This document shows positions 1 to 14,500 of a stretch of 64,000 nt of DNA, piece after piece. The position numbers and the translations under genes were made by a program. Source of the stretch: Eledone cirrhosa (lineage: Eukaryota). Positions within the stretch are counted from its first letter, which is position 1, and the number at the start of each line of letters is the position of its first letter. The stretch covers positions 49,290,001 through 49,354,000 of the forward strand of contig OZ024748.1 in the NCBI GenBank assembly GCA_964016885.1, read 5' to 3'. The notes under the pieces were generated by a model that saw only the letters and a program-made list of their open reading frames with translations, was not told the DNA's origin and made no database searches.

Positions 1-130
1 TTTTTTATTTCACACATTTTTACAATTTATTTGTTTTCAGATAATCTTTGAAAAAAAAAAAAGGAAAACAATATAATTGATATATTAATTAGTATGTATC
101 ACAGATATGCAATGTAAGATCACAGTTGAA

Positions 131-162
<32 letters not shown>

Positions 163-1695
163 GTGTGTGTGTGTGAGTTGTTGACCTGCATGGCTTGTTT
201 GTATATGTGTGTTGTTACAGATGACTAGTTGATGTTGAAACCAGTAAATTACATCACCAGTGTGCATATAAACAGAAATACGTCATCATAAATGTGTATG
301 TATATATATATATATATATATATATACGTCATCATAAATGTGTATGTATATATATATATATATATATATAAACACATACACAGAAACACATTGTTAACAG
401 CTATGTGTATGTGTTGTAACAGCTAACACAATTACATCACAAGTATATATTTATATATACATTATATATATATTCATTATTAAGTAGAAATAACTACTGC
501 AATGTTTATAGAAAATGTATTTTCGGATGTCGAAAATAACTGTAAATACAGATACTTGCTATAAATAGCTTAAAAGCTCAGCTAGACTCTTTATAGACAG
601 AAAAAAAGTATCTAGTAGCCATTATGTGGAATCAAACCTCATATATCTCAGATACTGGCTGAGTGCTCTAGCCATTTCTAAGCTATTTATAGCAACAGAT
701 TGTATTTACAGTTATTTTTCTGCGTTTACATTTTCTATGTACTTTGTAGTTTCTCAGCACTTTGAAATTTCAAAGTTTACTGCAATGTTATAATGGAAGA
801 AACAAATATAATAAACACTTCATAAAATAAATAGAATACTCATTAAGTTTTATCTCTAGTAAACATAGCATGGTAAATCTCACATAAACCTACAAATGCA
901 CACTACAGCAAATTTAAAAACATAACACATCATAACTTTTTACATCATCATCATGCCCATGAGTTGGAATGAGACTTTTCAAAGCATGTTTTCAGTTTCT
1001 TATTGTCAGATACCCTACCCATCTTTATACCAACCCTAACATGTGATTTATGTAGACGGCTTTTTAAAAGTGTGTCTGGTCTAAAAGCTACATAAGATCT
1101 CATGCCAGAACTGAGCACCATATACACTGAAGCGGTCAAGCTTTGTATTGAACAGACAACCATTATATATATATATATATAAGTATAGTGTATTTGTGTG
1201 TGATGTTGATTCCAGAGTTGGGTGCGATCAGTGTTAATGACAAGCGCACCATGTGTCAATAAACATGATGTTATGTCGATACTTTGCTCCTGCTCCTTTT
1301 TATTATATATATATATATATATATTGTGAACATTTCTCAAACAGCCATGCTGCGGGACATATTGTTAATGGGGAAACTTAAACAATGTTAACACTGGTGT
1401 TATTTTATAAATGGCATTAATATGACATTTTGCAGTGATTGGTGCACACACACATACATATATCATGGTGCACACACATACATATATCATAATCATCATC
1501 AACCCCTTTTCAATGCTGGCATAGACAGGATAGGTTATCACAGACCAAGTCGGTTCTTAATGAAGATACTGTCCTCTCAGGCAGACCAGGGACCACATCT
1601 CACATTTGACACAGTTTCTACAGCTGGATACCTATCCTATATATATATACATACCCAGGAAAAACATACCTTATCAGTTGGATATTCTCTGGATA

Positions 1696-1729
<34 letters not shown>

Positions 1730-3888
1730 CATCTATTTTTACCTAGCTAGCAGTTAAAACTGATGTAAAATGATGAATATATATATATATATATATATAA
1801 ATCAGACTTTGTCCAGTTTTTATCTATCAAATTCATATGCAAGTATCTAAAGTAGAAAACCATAGCTAGGTATAAATGGAAGCAAAAATAGGTTACAAAT
1901 ATTCATAATTCACCGGAGCTGCAGTAAGTCATCAGTGTTGAAATATTCAGAGAATTGCAAATGACACTCATCACCTATAGCCACACAGGAAATTCAAAGT
2001 GTCTATTCATAATTATACATGGATTAAAAGAGGTGCCAGCCCATCAGTTACCAGAAAAAAATTGATGTATCTGTACTGAAACACACACACACACACACCA
2101 TATTATTGTAATGCATATAAGTTCCCACCATATGACCTTCCGCAGATACAAACAGTCTTACTAAGAAAAAAAAAAAAAAATTGTCTGAGTTTGAAATTTG
2201 CGTTTTTGTGGGCTCTTTTGGGCCCTGGGTTCCTTCTTTTGCAGCATAAAAACAAGCCGAAATCGTACCTACGGTATGGGATACCATTCTGTTTTCACAG
2301 AATTGAAAAAGTATCTTTTTTCTTTAACAATTTATTGTCATCAGCTTTACAGTAATTAAATTCATTATTACATGTTATATATACCTCTATATACTGTATA
2401 TATATATATCACTCATATAGAAACCTGCAGTATCAATGTAACATATATGGGCTTACTGTGTTAGACAATCAACTTACAAACAAATCAACTAATGAATGGC
2501 CTCTTGGAACGTAATTCGTTTATAAGTTGGGGACTTACTGTATGATCACAACACAATGTTCCTAAGACGCCAACTTTTTTTACAAAGAGTAATATTTTCT
2601 CTACCAAGGACCCCTTTTATTTAGATATGGATCCCATTCCCACTGTGATGATAACAATCAAAAGAAAGTATTGTTTATAGTTACAGAAGACTGGATAGCA
2701 AATAGAATGTGTATATTATTTTATAACAATTTGGAAATTTGAATTTAGTTTGCATTATTATCCCCCGCCCCACTGCAATAGGAACCACTGACATAGAGGT
2801 TAAATGGGAGCAAAAAATAAGACAATTTTCAAAATATATTTCTTATCACAAATCATGTTTTGGCATATATTCCTCCATTTTTTTTAGTTATTGGATGATC
2901 CTGTGAATGTGTCTCGAGGAAATGTCATTTATAATGTATGAAGGAAAACTATTTTTTTTCATTTTATTTGCTATAATCATGGGAGGCTAATAGTTAGAAA
3001 AATATTCACAATTAAGTAAAGTAAAACGAACCCTTATTGGTGATGACTGTTGCAGTTGTTCGATCAATGAATCGGCCAAGTCATGAAATTGCATGTAAGT
3101 GGCTGAGTATTTCACAGGCATATTACCCTTAACTTATTTCTCAGGGAGATTCAGCATGATAGTGAATGAAAAGTCTGACTCTCTGAATTATAAAGACAGC
3201 CCAGGTTTCTAAACAGTCTCCATTCACTCACAAGTTAACATACAATGAGATTGAACCCACAACCTCATAGTTGTGAAGCTAACTTCTTAACCATTTAGCC
3301 ATACCTGCATCCAAATTTACAATTAAACCAATTAAAAAAATATTTATAAATTAAACTGAATAAAAGTGAAACATGACTTTGTAGAAAGGCTTCAATGTAA
3401 ATATTTTGAACACGATTACTCTTTTTCAAAACTCTATAGAGCTTTGTAATAAACATTGAGTAAAATTATACAATTTTTTTCAAAGTATAGCAGACTGGGA
3501 CTAAGCTCTAAGTTATTTTTATATACATATAATTACAATATTACACAACATGCAGTTATTTGTAAACATTTTAAGGTTTGATGTGAGATATATCCATAGA
3601 AAAATCTGATTCCGAGATGAAACCAAGCAGTAACCTGGACAAATGTAGAATAATATTGTTATTAAGTATCTGTATAGCTCATCATCTAACATAGAGGCCT
3701 TTGGCCACCTGCTGATTATTATGATACGTATATATATGTGTGTATATATATATATATATGTATATATATACATATTGTAAATAGAGCCCAATGGCTGAGC
3801 TCAAGCTATTTGACAATATATACACTCTACATTCCCAAGTATCAAGTACTTAGCTGAACACAGTCTTAATAGTCTAATCTCTCTCTCC

Positions 3889-3923
<35 letters not shown>

Positions 3924-4541
3924 TATAATGGTTTAGATGAGTTGATAACACAACCATATAAAGGCAAAGAATATTTTAAAGCTCAAATTTGATGGTAAAT
4001 ATTTATGTTAATTATGGTAAATATGTTATTTATGTTAATTATTGATGAGATCAATGCAGCAGAAATAATATTACTGCTGCATTGATTGAAATGTTCACCA
4101 TTCAAATGACTCAATCTTGGTTATTTTTATTCACACACTATGTATGAAGCATGTTTCTGATCTTCTCAGACATGACATCTATAATTTTGTTAGTATATAT
4201 ATATATATATATGTAGATAAATCTACCAAAAGTTTACGGTAGTGTCCAATCCGTATGAAGAACTCAATGTAATCCGGATATCATGAAAATATTGTACATA
4301 GATCTATAGAATATGCATACCAACTCTAACACATATATCCTAGAAACGATCGTAAAATGATGAGATTTTTTTAATATAAGGAACTGTTTCTTTGTTTATT
4401 CATTATTTTATTAATTTATATATATATATATATATATATATAATTATTGTCTCAAAAAGAACTTCATAAGGAGTATGAAGCCTGTCATGAGATCTGCAAG
4501 GTTTTAGCAGTGAAAATGGCCTTAAAAGGCTCGTGTGTGCG

Positions 4542-4573
<32 letters not shown>

Positions 4574-4983
4574 CATATATATTTATATATACATATATGT
4601 ATCATCATCATCATCATTTGAACATCCACTTTCCATGCTAGAAAGTGTTGGATGTGTCTACATAGACTAAGTCAGTACTGAAGTGGGGTTACTGGCCTCC
4701 CAATATATATTTTGAACTAAGAACACAATACAATGTATATCAATGTTAATATTTTATATATATATATAGAGAGAGAGAGATAAACTATACAACAATCGGC
4801 CACATTATTTCATTTATCACGGGGATTAATTTCATATCATATATATATATATTATTAATTTGATACAGCTTGAAGAGAATGGGTAAAATAAAACAAGCAT
4901 TATATATACATATTTTTTCATCGCTTAGTTTGAAGGTGGGGGGATGTGGCAGTTTGTAAATATTTACATCAGCAGCAAATGTT

Positions 4984-6022
<1,039 letters not shown>

Positions 6023-6252
6023 CTAAGATATAAACGAATATATATCTTAAGAACATAAAGTAAACGTAACTTTGAAAGTGGTTTTGATTTGGTTAACTTA
6101 ATAACAACAACAACGAAAAGACCGTAACCTGTGACATCCATCAACCAGTTAATAATGCATTGAAGAAGACCTCTTAACGAGCAGCTGATATTAATAGATT
6201 AATTAACAGAAAGAGACAACCTTCAATGTTGTTATTTCTTTAACATTTCTCT

Positions 6253-6457
6253 TCAAAAATTGAAATGGCTACTTCCTCTTAAAGCTTCAAGATCCCGGAT
6301 ATAGGAAGAGTTAGATCCATCTTCAAGTTGAGTGATAAAATCTTTCAACTCCAATTCCTTGGCCAGCTGGTACTGAAGACGTATGTCTTTGCAATGGGTT
6401 AAAAGTTTCTTGATATTATCTAAACATTGTGGTGGTTTCTGAGCCATTTGTTTGTAT
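6253..6457 (-). CDS. SPG11: SPG11 last coding exon (38), ends at TGA
   Basis: tctgcag|A TAC AAA; [38 protein letters not shown]. Confidence 0.92.
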
Positions 6458-8225
6458 CTGCAGAAAAAGAACAAGAAAATGAAAATAGATGTGGTCACTG
6501 TGAACTGTAGTGCAGACAACCCATCTAGGAAAGCAGTCACTCTGAATAAAAACTGATAGAGAGGTAGAAAGAACCCTTGTTCATTCAAACAACCTCTCTA
6601 GTGCTGGTGGCACAATGTGGTTAGAAATAGGAAGAGCATCCAGCAAGATAAACTCTGTCAAAATCTATGAAAAGCACCAATTGCAAATGTTCAACAGAAG
6701 TAAAATGATAATTGAAAGAATGGAGACCGAGTGTCTTTGGAGTAACATTACTTGATAGGGTATATTTTATCACTGCACCAGCACTGGGAGGTTAAAGTGT
6801 CATTGAAACAACACAATCTTTTTGACCCTGACAAGTTTTCTATGGTTAGAGGCCTTTCCTAACACCACATGCTTTACAGAGTGTACTGTGTGCATTTTAT
6901 CAATTTAAAGACATTAAAGACAAAATCTTAATATAATAACATACCTGTCAATGGTATCAATAATTAAGGATGGATTCAGTCGAATATAAGCCTTCAAATC
7001 TTGTAGGTAGCGGAAGTCTCCATGGATTATAATACGGTTACAAAGTGCTTCACTCCAAACTGCATTTCTATTATAAGCTTCACTAACAATCAATGCCTGA
7101 AGAATTAATAAATTGGTATCTTATTTACACACACATATATAATATCTAAAATAAAAAATAACTGCCTTTAGAGTAAACATTACTGCGTTTGATTAGTTTT
7201 CTTATATTTATTGCAACATTACTACATTTAAACCGGCCGTATTCGGCAGAATTCTCTCACCTCTTTCTGTTCAAACTGACTATAACTAGCCACTCATACT
7301 GATGTTAAGGTATTGTTCTTAAAATAAATAATATCAAAATCTCATAGATTCGATATTATGTGAGATAATTATGTAAGATAAAGCTGTTACCACAAAAATA
7401 AAATAGTATATATAGAGTAATATAAATGATAAAGGGTTAATATATTAATATAATTGTTAGTATCTTGTCTCAACCCCTATTCCTTGCTAGACAATATGAG
7501 GTTAACTTTGCCTTTCATCCTTACGGGGTCGATAAAATAAAGTACCAGTAATACACTGGGATAATTGCTGGCCTTGTGCCAAAAGTAGAAACAATTATTA
7601 TAGCTATGCTTTCCTTTCAGTACCGTCACAGCAGACTGACTAGTCAGAAAGGTGACCAATAGATTAGAATCTTTAGATCTCTATCACAGCCAAAATTATA
7701 ATTAAGAAGTGACATTCTCTAGGAAGAATGTGTGTGTTGTCACTTGACTGCATCTACCTCCTCCACCACACCTGCCAGCCCTAGAAGCTAGCACCAAGTA
7801 ACATTTGGGAACTGCCCCATGAATATAACAGGTTTTTTTGCAGGCAGTCCCCAAATTGAATTTTCAATGTTTTCTTTTCTTCCCTATCTTCCATTATATG
7901 TTTGTGTTCAACGTAATCCTGTTATGTAATTCTGTAGATGTCACCTGATGAGATCATCCTGCCTTGTATCATAATTAGATGATAGAGCTGGACTATCGAA
8001 ATATGTATAGTGATTTCACGTTATTAAAGTTTTAAAGCATATTTTCCAGTCTGGCCTTCTGTTGTTGTTTAATAAATACTTTACTCCATTCCTGCACCAA
8101 CAACTGGACACCACATCTATGATGGATGACTTGCATAACGTTGAGTGCTTTTATTCATTTGTTACATCATCGTTTACCAACCAGAACCAACAGTTCTACT
8201 CATTGGTAATCAAACTAACTTAAAT

Positions 8226-8273
<48 letters not shown>

Positions 8274-8559
8274 GGAGGTGAGTTTTATTGTAGTACAATA
8301 AAGCAATGCAGATATCGGATAAGTAGCACTCTACAGTTTGTAGGACTGGAGTATAAATAATATATAAGATCAAAAGATGGTTAAAAGAGTTCCATGTATT
8401 TTATTATGCAATTTATGTTGATTTAAAACTGCACTATTCACAAGTGTGTTTTAACCTTCATATCATGTCTCCCTATTTTATCTGATGAAAACGCAAATGT
8501 CATCGCATGATGATATTTGTTTTTGAAATGCGCATAATAAAATACATGGAACTCTTTTA

Positions 8560-8594
<35 letters not shown>

Positions 8595-11500
8595 TATTAG
8601 TGTGTAATGTTTACTGATGGTTATATAGATATATATATAACGAAGGAACCAGGTGGACCATAACGCACCAGAATACTCGATACTTTGGGTAGTAGAGTGG
8701 GTAATAGGAAAAGGTTCAGGGGTCCTGAACCTTTTCCTATAGATATATATATATATACACATACAGACAGAGATAAAAATGAACATGCATTAATATATAC
8801 ATTAACAACTAGTGTTTGGAAGTCATTGTCATTATCTCTACTAAAGGGCGGTGGACTGGCAGTATCGGTAGAGGGTCGGACACCATGGGTGGTGGATTGG
8901 CAGTATCGGTAGAGGGTCGGACACCATGGGTGGTGGATTGGCAGTATCGGTAGAGGGTCGGACGCCATGCTTTCCAGCATAGTTACGTCCCTTTACGATC
9001 TGAGTTCAAATCCCGCCGAGGTTGACTTTGCCTTTCATCCTTACGGGGTCGATAAAATAAAGTACCAGTAATGCACTGGTTAATTGCTGGCCTTGTGCCA
9101 AAAGTAGAAACAATTATTTCTACTAAAGGTGTGGTTTAGCCATGCAAGCCTCATGACAGACTTCATACTCCTCATGAGGTCCCTTATTTGAGGCAATATT
9201 TTATAGCCAGATGCTCTTCATGATACCAACCTTTTTAGCCACCCCTTACAACAAGCAGGGATACAGTGTACCAATTCTAAACCCTTTTAGCCACCTCTAA
9301 CAACAAGCAGGGATACAGTGTACCAATTCTAAACCCTTTTAGCCACCCCTAACAACAAGCAGGGATACATTGTACCAATTCTAAACCCTTTTAGCCACCC
9401 CTTACAACAAGCAGGGATACATTGTACCAATTCTAAACCCTTTTAGCCACCCCTTACAACAAGCAGGGATACATTGTACCAATTCTAAACCCTTTTAGCC
9501 ACCCCTTACAACAAGCAGGGATACATTGTACCAATTCTAAACCCTTTTAGCCACCCCTAACAACAAGCAGGGATACATTGTACCAATTCTAAACCCTTTT
9601 AGCCACCCCTTACAACAAGCAGGGATACATTGTACCAATTCTAAACCCTTTTAGCCACCCCTTACAACAAGCAGGGATACATTGTACCAATTCTAAACCC
9701 TTTTAGCCACCCCTTACAACAAGCAGGGATACAGTGTACCAATTCTAAACCCTTTTAGCCACCTCTAACAACAAGCAGGGATACAGTGTACCAATTCTAA
9801 ACCCTTTTAGCCACCCCTAACAACAAGCAGGGATACATTGTACCAATTCTAAACCCTTTTAGCCACCCCTTACAACAAGCAGGGATACATTGTACCAATT
9901 CTAAACCCTTTTAGCCACCCCTTACAACAAGCAGGGATACAGTGTACCAATTCTAAACCCTTTTAGCCACCTCTAACAACAAGCAGGGATACAGTGTACC
10001 AATTCTAAACCCTTTTAGCCACCCCTAACAACAAGCAGGGATACATTGTACCAATTCTAAACCCTTTTAGCCACCCCTTACAACAAGCAGGGATACATTG
10101 TACCAATTCTAAACCCTTTTAGCCACCCCTTACAACAAGCAGGGATACAGTGTACCAATTCTAAACCCTTTTAGCCACCCCTTACAACAAGCAGGGATAC
10201 AGTGTACCAATTCTAAACCCTTTTAGCCACCCCTTACAACAAGCAGGGATACAGTGTACCAATTCTAAACCCTTTTAGCCACCCCTTACAACAAGCAGGG
10301 ATACAGTGTACCAATTCTAAGCCCTTTTAGCCACCCCTTACATCAAGCAGGGATACAGTGTACCAATTCTAAACCCTTTTAGCCACCCCTTACAACAAGC
10401 AGGGATACAGTGTACTAATTCTAAACCCTTTTAGCTACCCCTTACAACAAGCAGGGATACATTGTAACAATTCTAAACTGGAGATACACAAAGATACAAA
10501 ACATAATAACTAAATTCTAGATTAACCTCAGAGAACTTGGGATGTTCTTTTATGAAATTGGTAGCTTCTTCAGGTGTTAAATTAATGACATGAATGCCAG
10601 CAGGTAAGAGATCCATCTGTAAATTGAGCAAACGACCTCGTCGGACACAATATTCAGCATGGCGGAGAATGTTATCCTACAAAAAAAGAAAGAAGGAATA
10701 TTAAAATATGATAAACTTGTCAAAATTTAAGGAGTTTGAATTTATGTAAACTAAAAGTTTTAATTTATTTATTATTTTACTGGTTTCAGTAAATGGGCTG
10801 CAGCCATGTTGGGGCACCACCTTTACAGGTTTAGACAATCCTATCGACTTCAGTAGGTATCTTAAGTCTGCTTTTTATTTCATCAATCTCTGTCAAACTT
10901 CTAAGTTACAGGATATAAACAAATTAAAGAAAAAAAAAAAATAATAATCACCTTCATATAGCTATTAGCAGCATCGGAATAATATTGATGAATCTTTTGC
11001 AACAATAATACAACTTCTGAAGAATTCACTACAAAATATAATACAAATAATGTTAGGAATTTATTGAATATCTTGTAACTGTTAACTTAGAATGCTAAGG
11101 TCAGTTTTGATATTTTACTGGGATTACATGAGAAATTTTTATCATATTTGCTTCATTTACTTTGTCTGGAGCTATACTTCACAAACTAAATATATTATTT
11201 ACCTAAAGGTTTCCTTTTTAATAAATCCAAATTCTTTTGTGCCAATTCCTCGAGCATTTGACCAATTTCCCTAAACATTGTGAAATTCAGGGCGACCATG
11301 GTGTAGCTGTCACTGTCATTAGGATGGAAACGTTTGAGGTAGTCCAGAATGGCAGACTTTAACTGATCTTCCTGGAAAACAATAAAGAGCAAAAATGGTT
11401 AATTTCACACATGAAAATATACAAAACATTTAATTCCATTTATAGTAATAAGTAATGCAGTGAAATTGGCAGAGTTGTTAGAGTGTTGGTTAGAGGTGCA

Positions 11501-14500
11501 CTAGCAGACGAAGTGTATGATAAGGTTATATCTGTATGTAACTGAGATTGCACCAACGTGTATAAATATATAAACATATCTAATAAGTAAACATGCCAGA
11601 AAATATGAATTTCCCTGTAAATTGAAAAAAATGATAACCTTCTTGAAATCAATTTTCAGATTTTATTGAATCATCATCAGAAGATGTATATATCATCCAA
11701 TCAACCATAAGGAAACAGGTATTTGATGGCTATACTTACCCATTTGTTCTGACTCCGTGCTCTCAGTTCAAATCATGCCAAGCTTAACTTAGCTTTTCAT
11801 CTTTCGAGGTCAATAAAAAAAATTCACAGTCTAATACTGGGGTCAATTTTTCCTGTATTTCTCTTTCTCACTTCCTTTTTATCATTCCCTTTCTTTCTCT
11901 GGAAGAAATCAGCTGTGTTCAGACCAGGGGAGGAGATAGGCTTTAATAGGCTTAATAAATGACCAAGAAATACTGTATGTCAGTACAGCACCCCTATGTC
12001 TCCACCAGAAGTTATAGGTACAAGCAGAAGTAAGTAATATGTCAGTAATTAATACTTTTGATATAAAACTGCTTGAAACCTCTTCCACCCATATTTTATC
12101 TCAGCTTTATCTCATTCATGTCTACAATGTAGACTAATACATCCAATGGAGTTTGTAGAACTTATTGCTTTCTAGCCTTTACATATCCTCTGTATTTAGA
12201 GCCCATATCTTACTACCATTCATCATTGCACTATCATGGTTAAAAGATTGCGGAGGATGGAAATATAATCAAATACTAACACATTTAAAGAATTAAGATG
12301 TTTTAAAACACAAAAAGAGGTTTCCAGAGATATTTTACCCGATTTTTCTCAACCATTATTTATAGTAATTATTATTATTAATAATAATAATATATTCATC
12401 CTTACAGGGTCGATAAAATAAAGCACCAGTAATGCACTGGGGTAATTGCTGGCCTTGTGCCAAAAGTAGAAATATTATTATTATTATTATCATTATTATG
12501 GTAATGAATTGGCAGTATCGATAGAGCATTGGACAACATGCTTTGCAGCATAGAGTTATGGCTCTTTATGTCAAATCCTACCTAGGTTAGCTTTGGCTTT
12601 CATCTTTACGGGGTCGATAAAATAAAGTACAAGTAATGCACTGGGGTCAATTTAATTGATTTTCCCCTCCCCATAAATTGTTGGCCTTGTGCCTATTGAC
12701 AGTATCGGTAGAGGGTCGGACGCCATGCTTTGACATATAGAGTTACGGCCCTTGCCATTCCGAGTTCAAATCCCGCCGAGGTTAACTTTGCCTTTCATCC
12801 TTACGGGGTTGATAAAATAAAGTACCAGTAATGCACTGGGGTAATTGCTGGCCTTGTGCCAAAAGTAGAAACAATTATTATTATTATGGTCATTTGCATT
12901 GGAACGCACTCATTTCAAAAGAAGAAGAAGTCAACTAAACAGGTTACCTTTTCCATTCCTTTTCTCATCAGCAGCTCAAACTGATGATGTTGCTTCAGAG
13001 CATCAAATATGTAGGTCATCTCATTGAAGCGCCCAACACCTGTTAACAGGCTAATCTAGAACATTCAAATGAGATATACACCATTATTATTATTATTATT
13101 ACGGGGTCGATAAAATAAAGTACCAGTTATACACTGGGATAATTGCTGGCCTTGTGCCAAATATAGAAACAATTATTGTCATCATCATAAAAATAAAGTA
13201 CCAGTTATACACTGGGATAATTGCTGGCCTTGTGCCAAAAGTAGAAACAATTATTGTCATCATCATAAAAATAAAGTACCAGTTATACACTGAGATAATT
13301 GCTGGCCTTGTGCCAAAAGTAGAAACAATTATTGTCATCATCATAAAAATAAAGTACCAGTTATACACTGAGATAATTGCTGGCCTTGTGCCAAAAGTAG
13401 AAACAATTATTGTCATCATCATAAAAATAAAGTACCAGTAATACACTGGGATAATTGCTGGCCTTGTGCCAAAAGTAAAAACAATTATTATTATTATCAT
13501 CATCATCATCATTATTATTATTATTACAATCATTATCATCAGGATTGGCAATATCGGTTGAGTCTCGGACAACATGCTTTACAGCATAGAGTTATGGCTC
13601 TTTACATTCTGAGTTCAAATCCCACTGAGGTTAGCCTTGCTTTTCATCCTTACGGGGTCAATAAAATAAAGCACCAATAACGCTCTGGGGGTTGATTTAA
13701 TTAACTTTCCCCTATCCTTCAAATTGTTGGCTTTGTGCCAAATGTAGAAACAATTATTAATATCATTATCAAGGGGAGGTGGATTGGCAGAATCGGTAGA
13801 GCGTCAGACAATATGCTTTGTGGCATATAATTATGGCTGTTTATGTTTTCAGTTCAAATCCCACCGAGGTTAACTTTGTGAACCAGGCCTGTCTGGGATG
13901 TCAGTAAACCCACTTCAGTACTGTCTAGGTCTTTGAAGAGCTGTCCAGCCCTTGCTAACAGAGAAAGCAGATGTTAAATGATGATGATGATGATGATGAT
14001 AACATGTGAGTTTCTATTTCATCATCAGTTACACATTCATGTTACTGAGGTATTGTAACAGTCGTGTATTTTCATTCATAATATAGTTACAACAAGCTTA
14101 ATGTACTTACCATCAGATTGAATTCTTCCGCCTGTGAGAGACATTGGTTTAGAACCCTGGCAGCTCTGAGAACATTGGAAATACCTTCCATGTTACATGC
14201 TGATGTGTGGCAGTGATGCGCCAAGATAAGAGTTTTCGTCTGTACAGTTAAAACTATAAAAAATAAGAGGAAAAAAAAAGTTTGGTTTTTCATTTCCTTT
14301 ATTGATATAAGGGATTTTTTCTGAGTGAAGGATAGATTGTATAGTGGCTGTGTAAGAAATACAGCATTGCATGACAATGAGATATAGGTAGTAGAAAGGC
14401 CAACCAAGCATAGAAAGCTTGCCAAACAAAGGGTTCCGAGCGCCCATCAGTTGTGTCAAAGACACGACAACCTCTCCTATGCACTCGATAGAATGTAAGA

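Noticed and set aside
2225-2290. GAAA-stem III-TA half hammerhead
   Set aside because: The CUGANGA strand is absent, so at most a relic. Similarly weak motifs near 1930, 4343 and 14025 were not called.
9228-10478. CRISPR-like or telomere-like array (taaaccct motif)
   Set aside because: Head-to-tail units with no unique spacers, no cas genes, eukaryotic intron context, and only one telomere-like motif per 52 bp.
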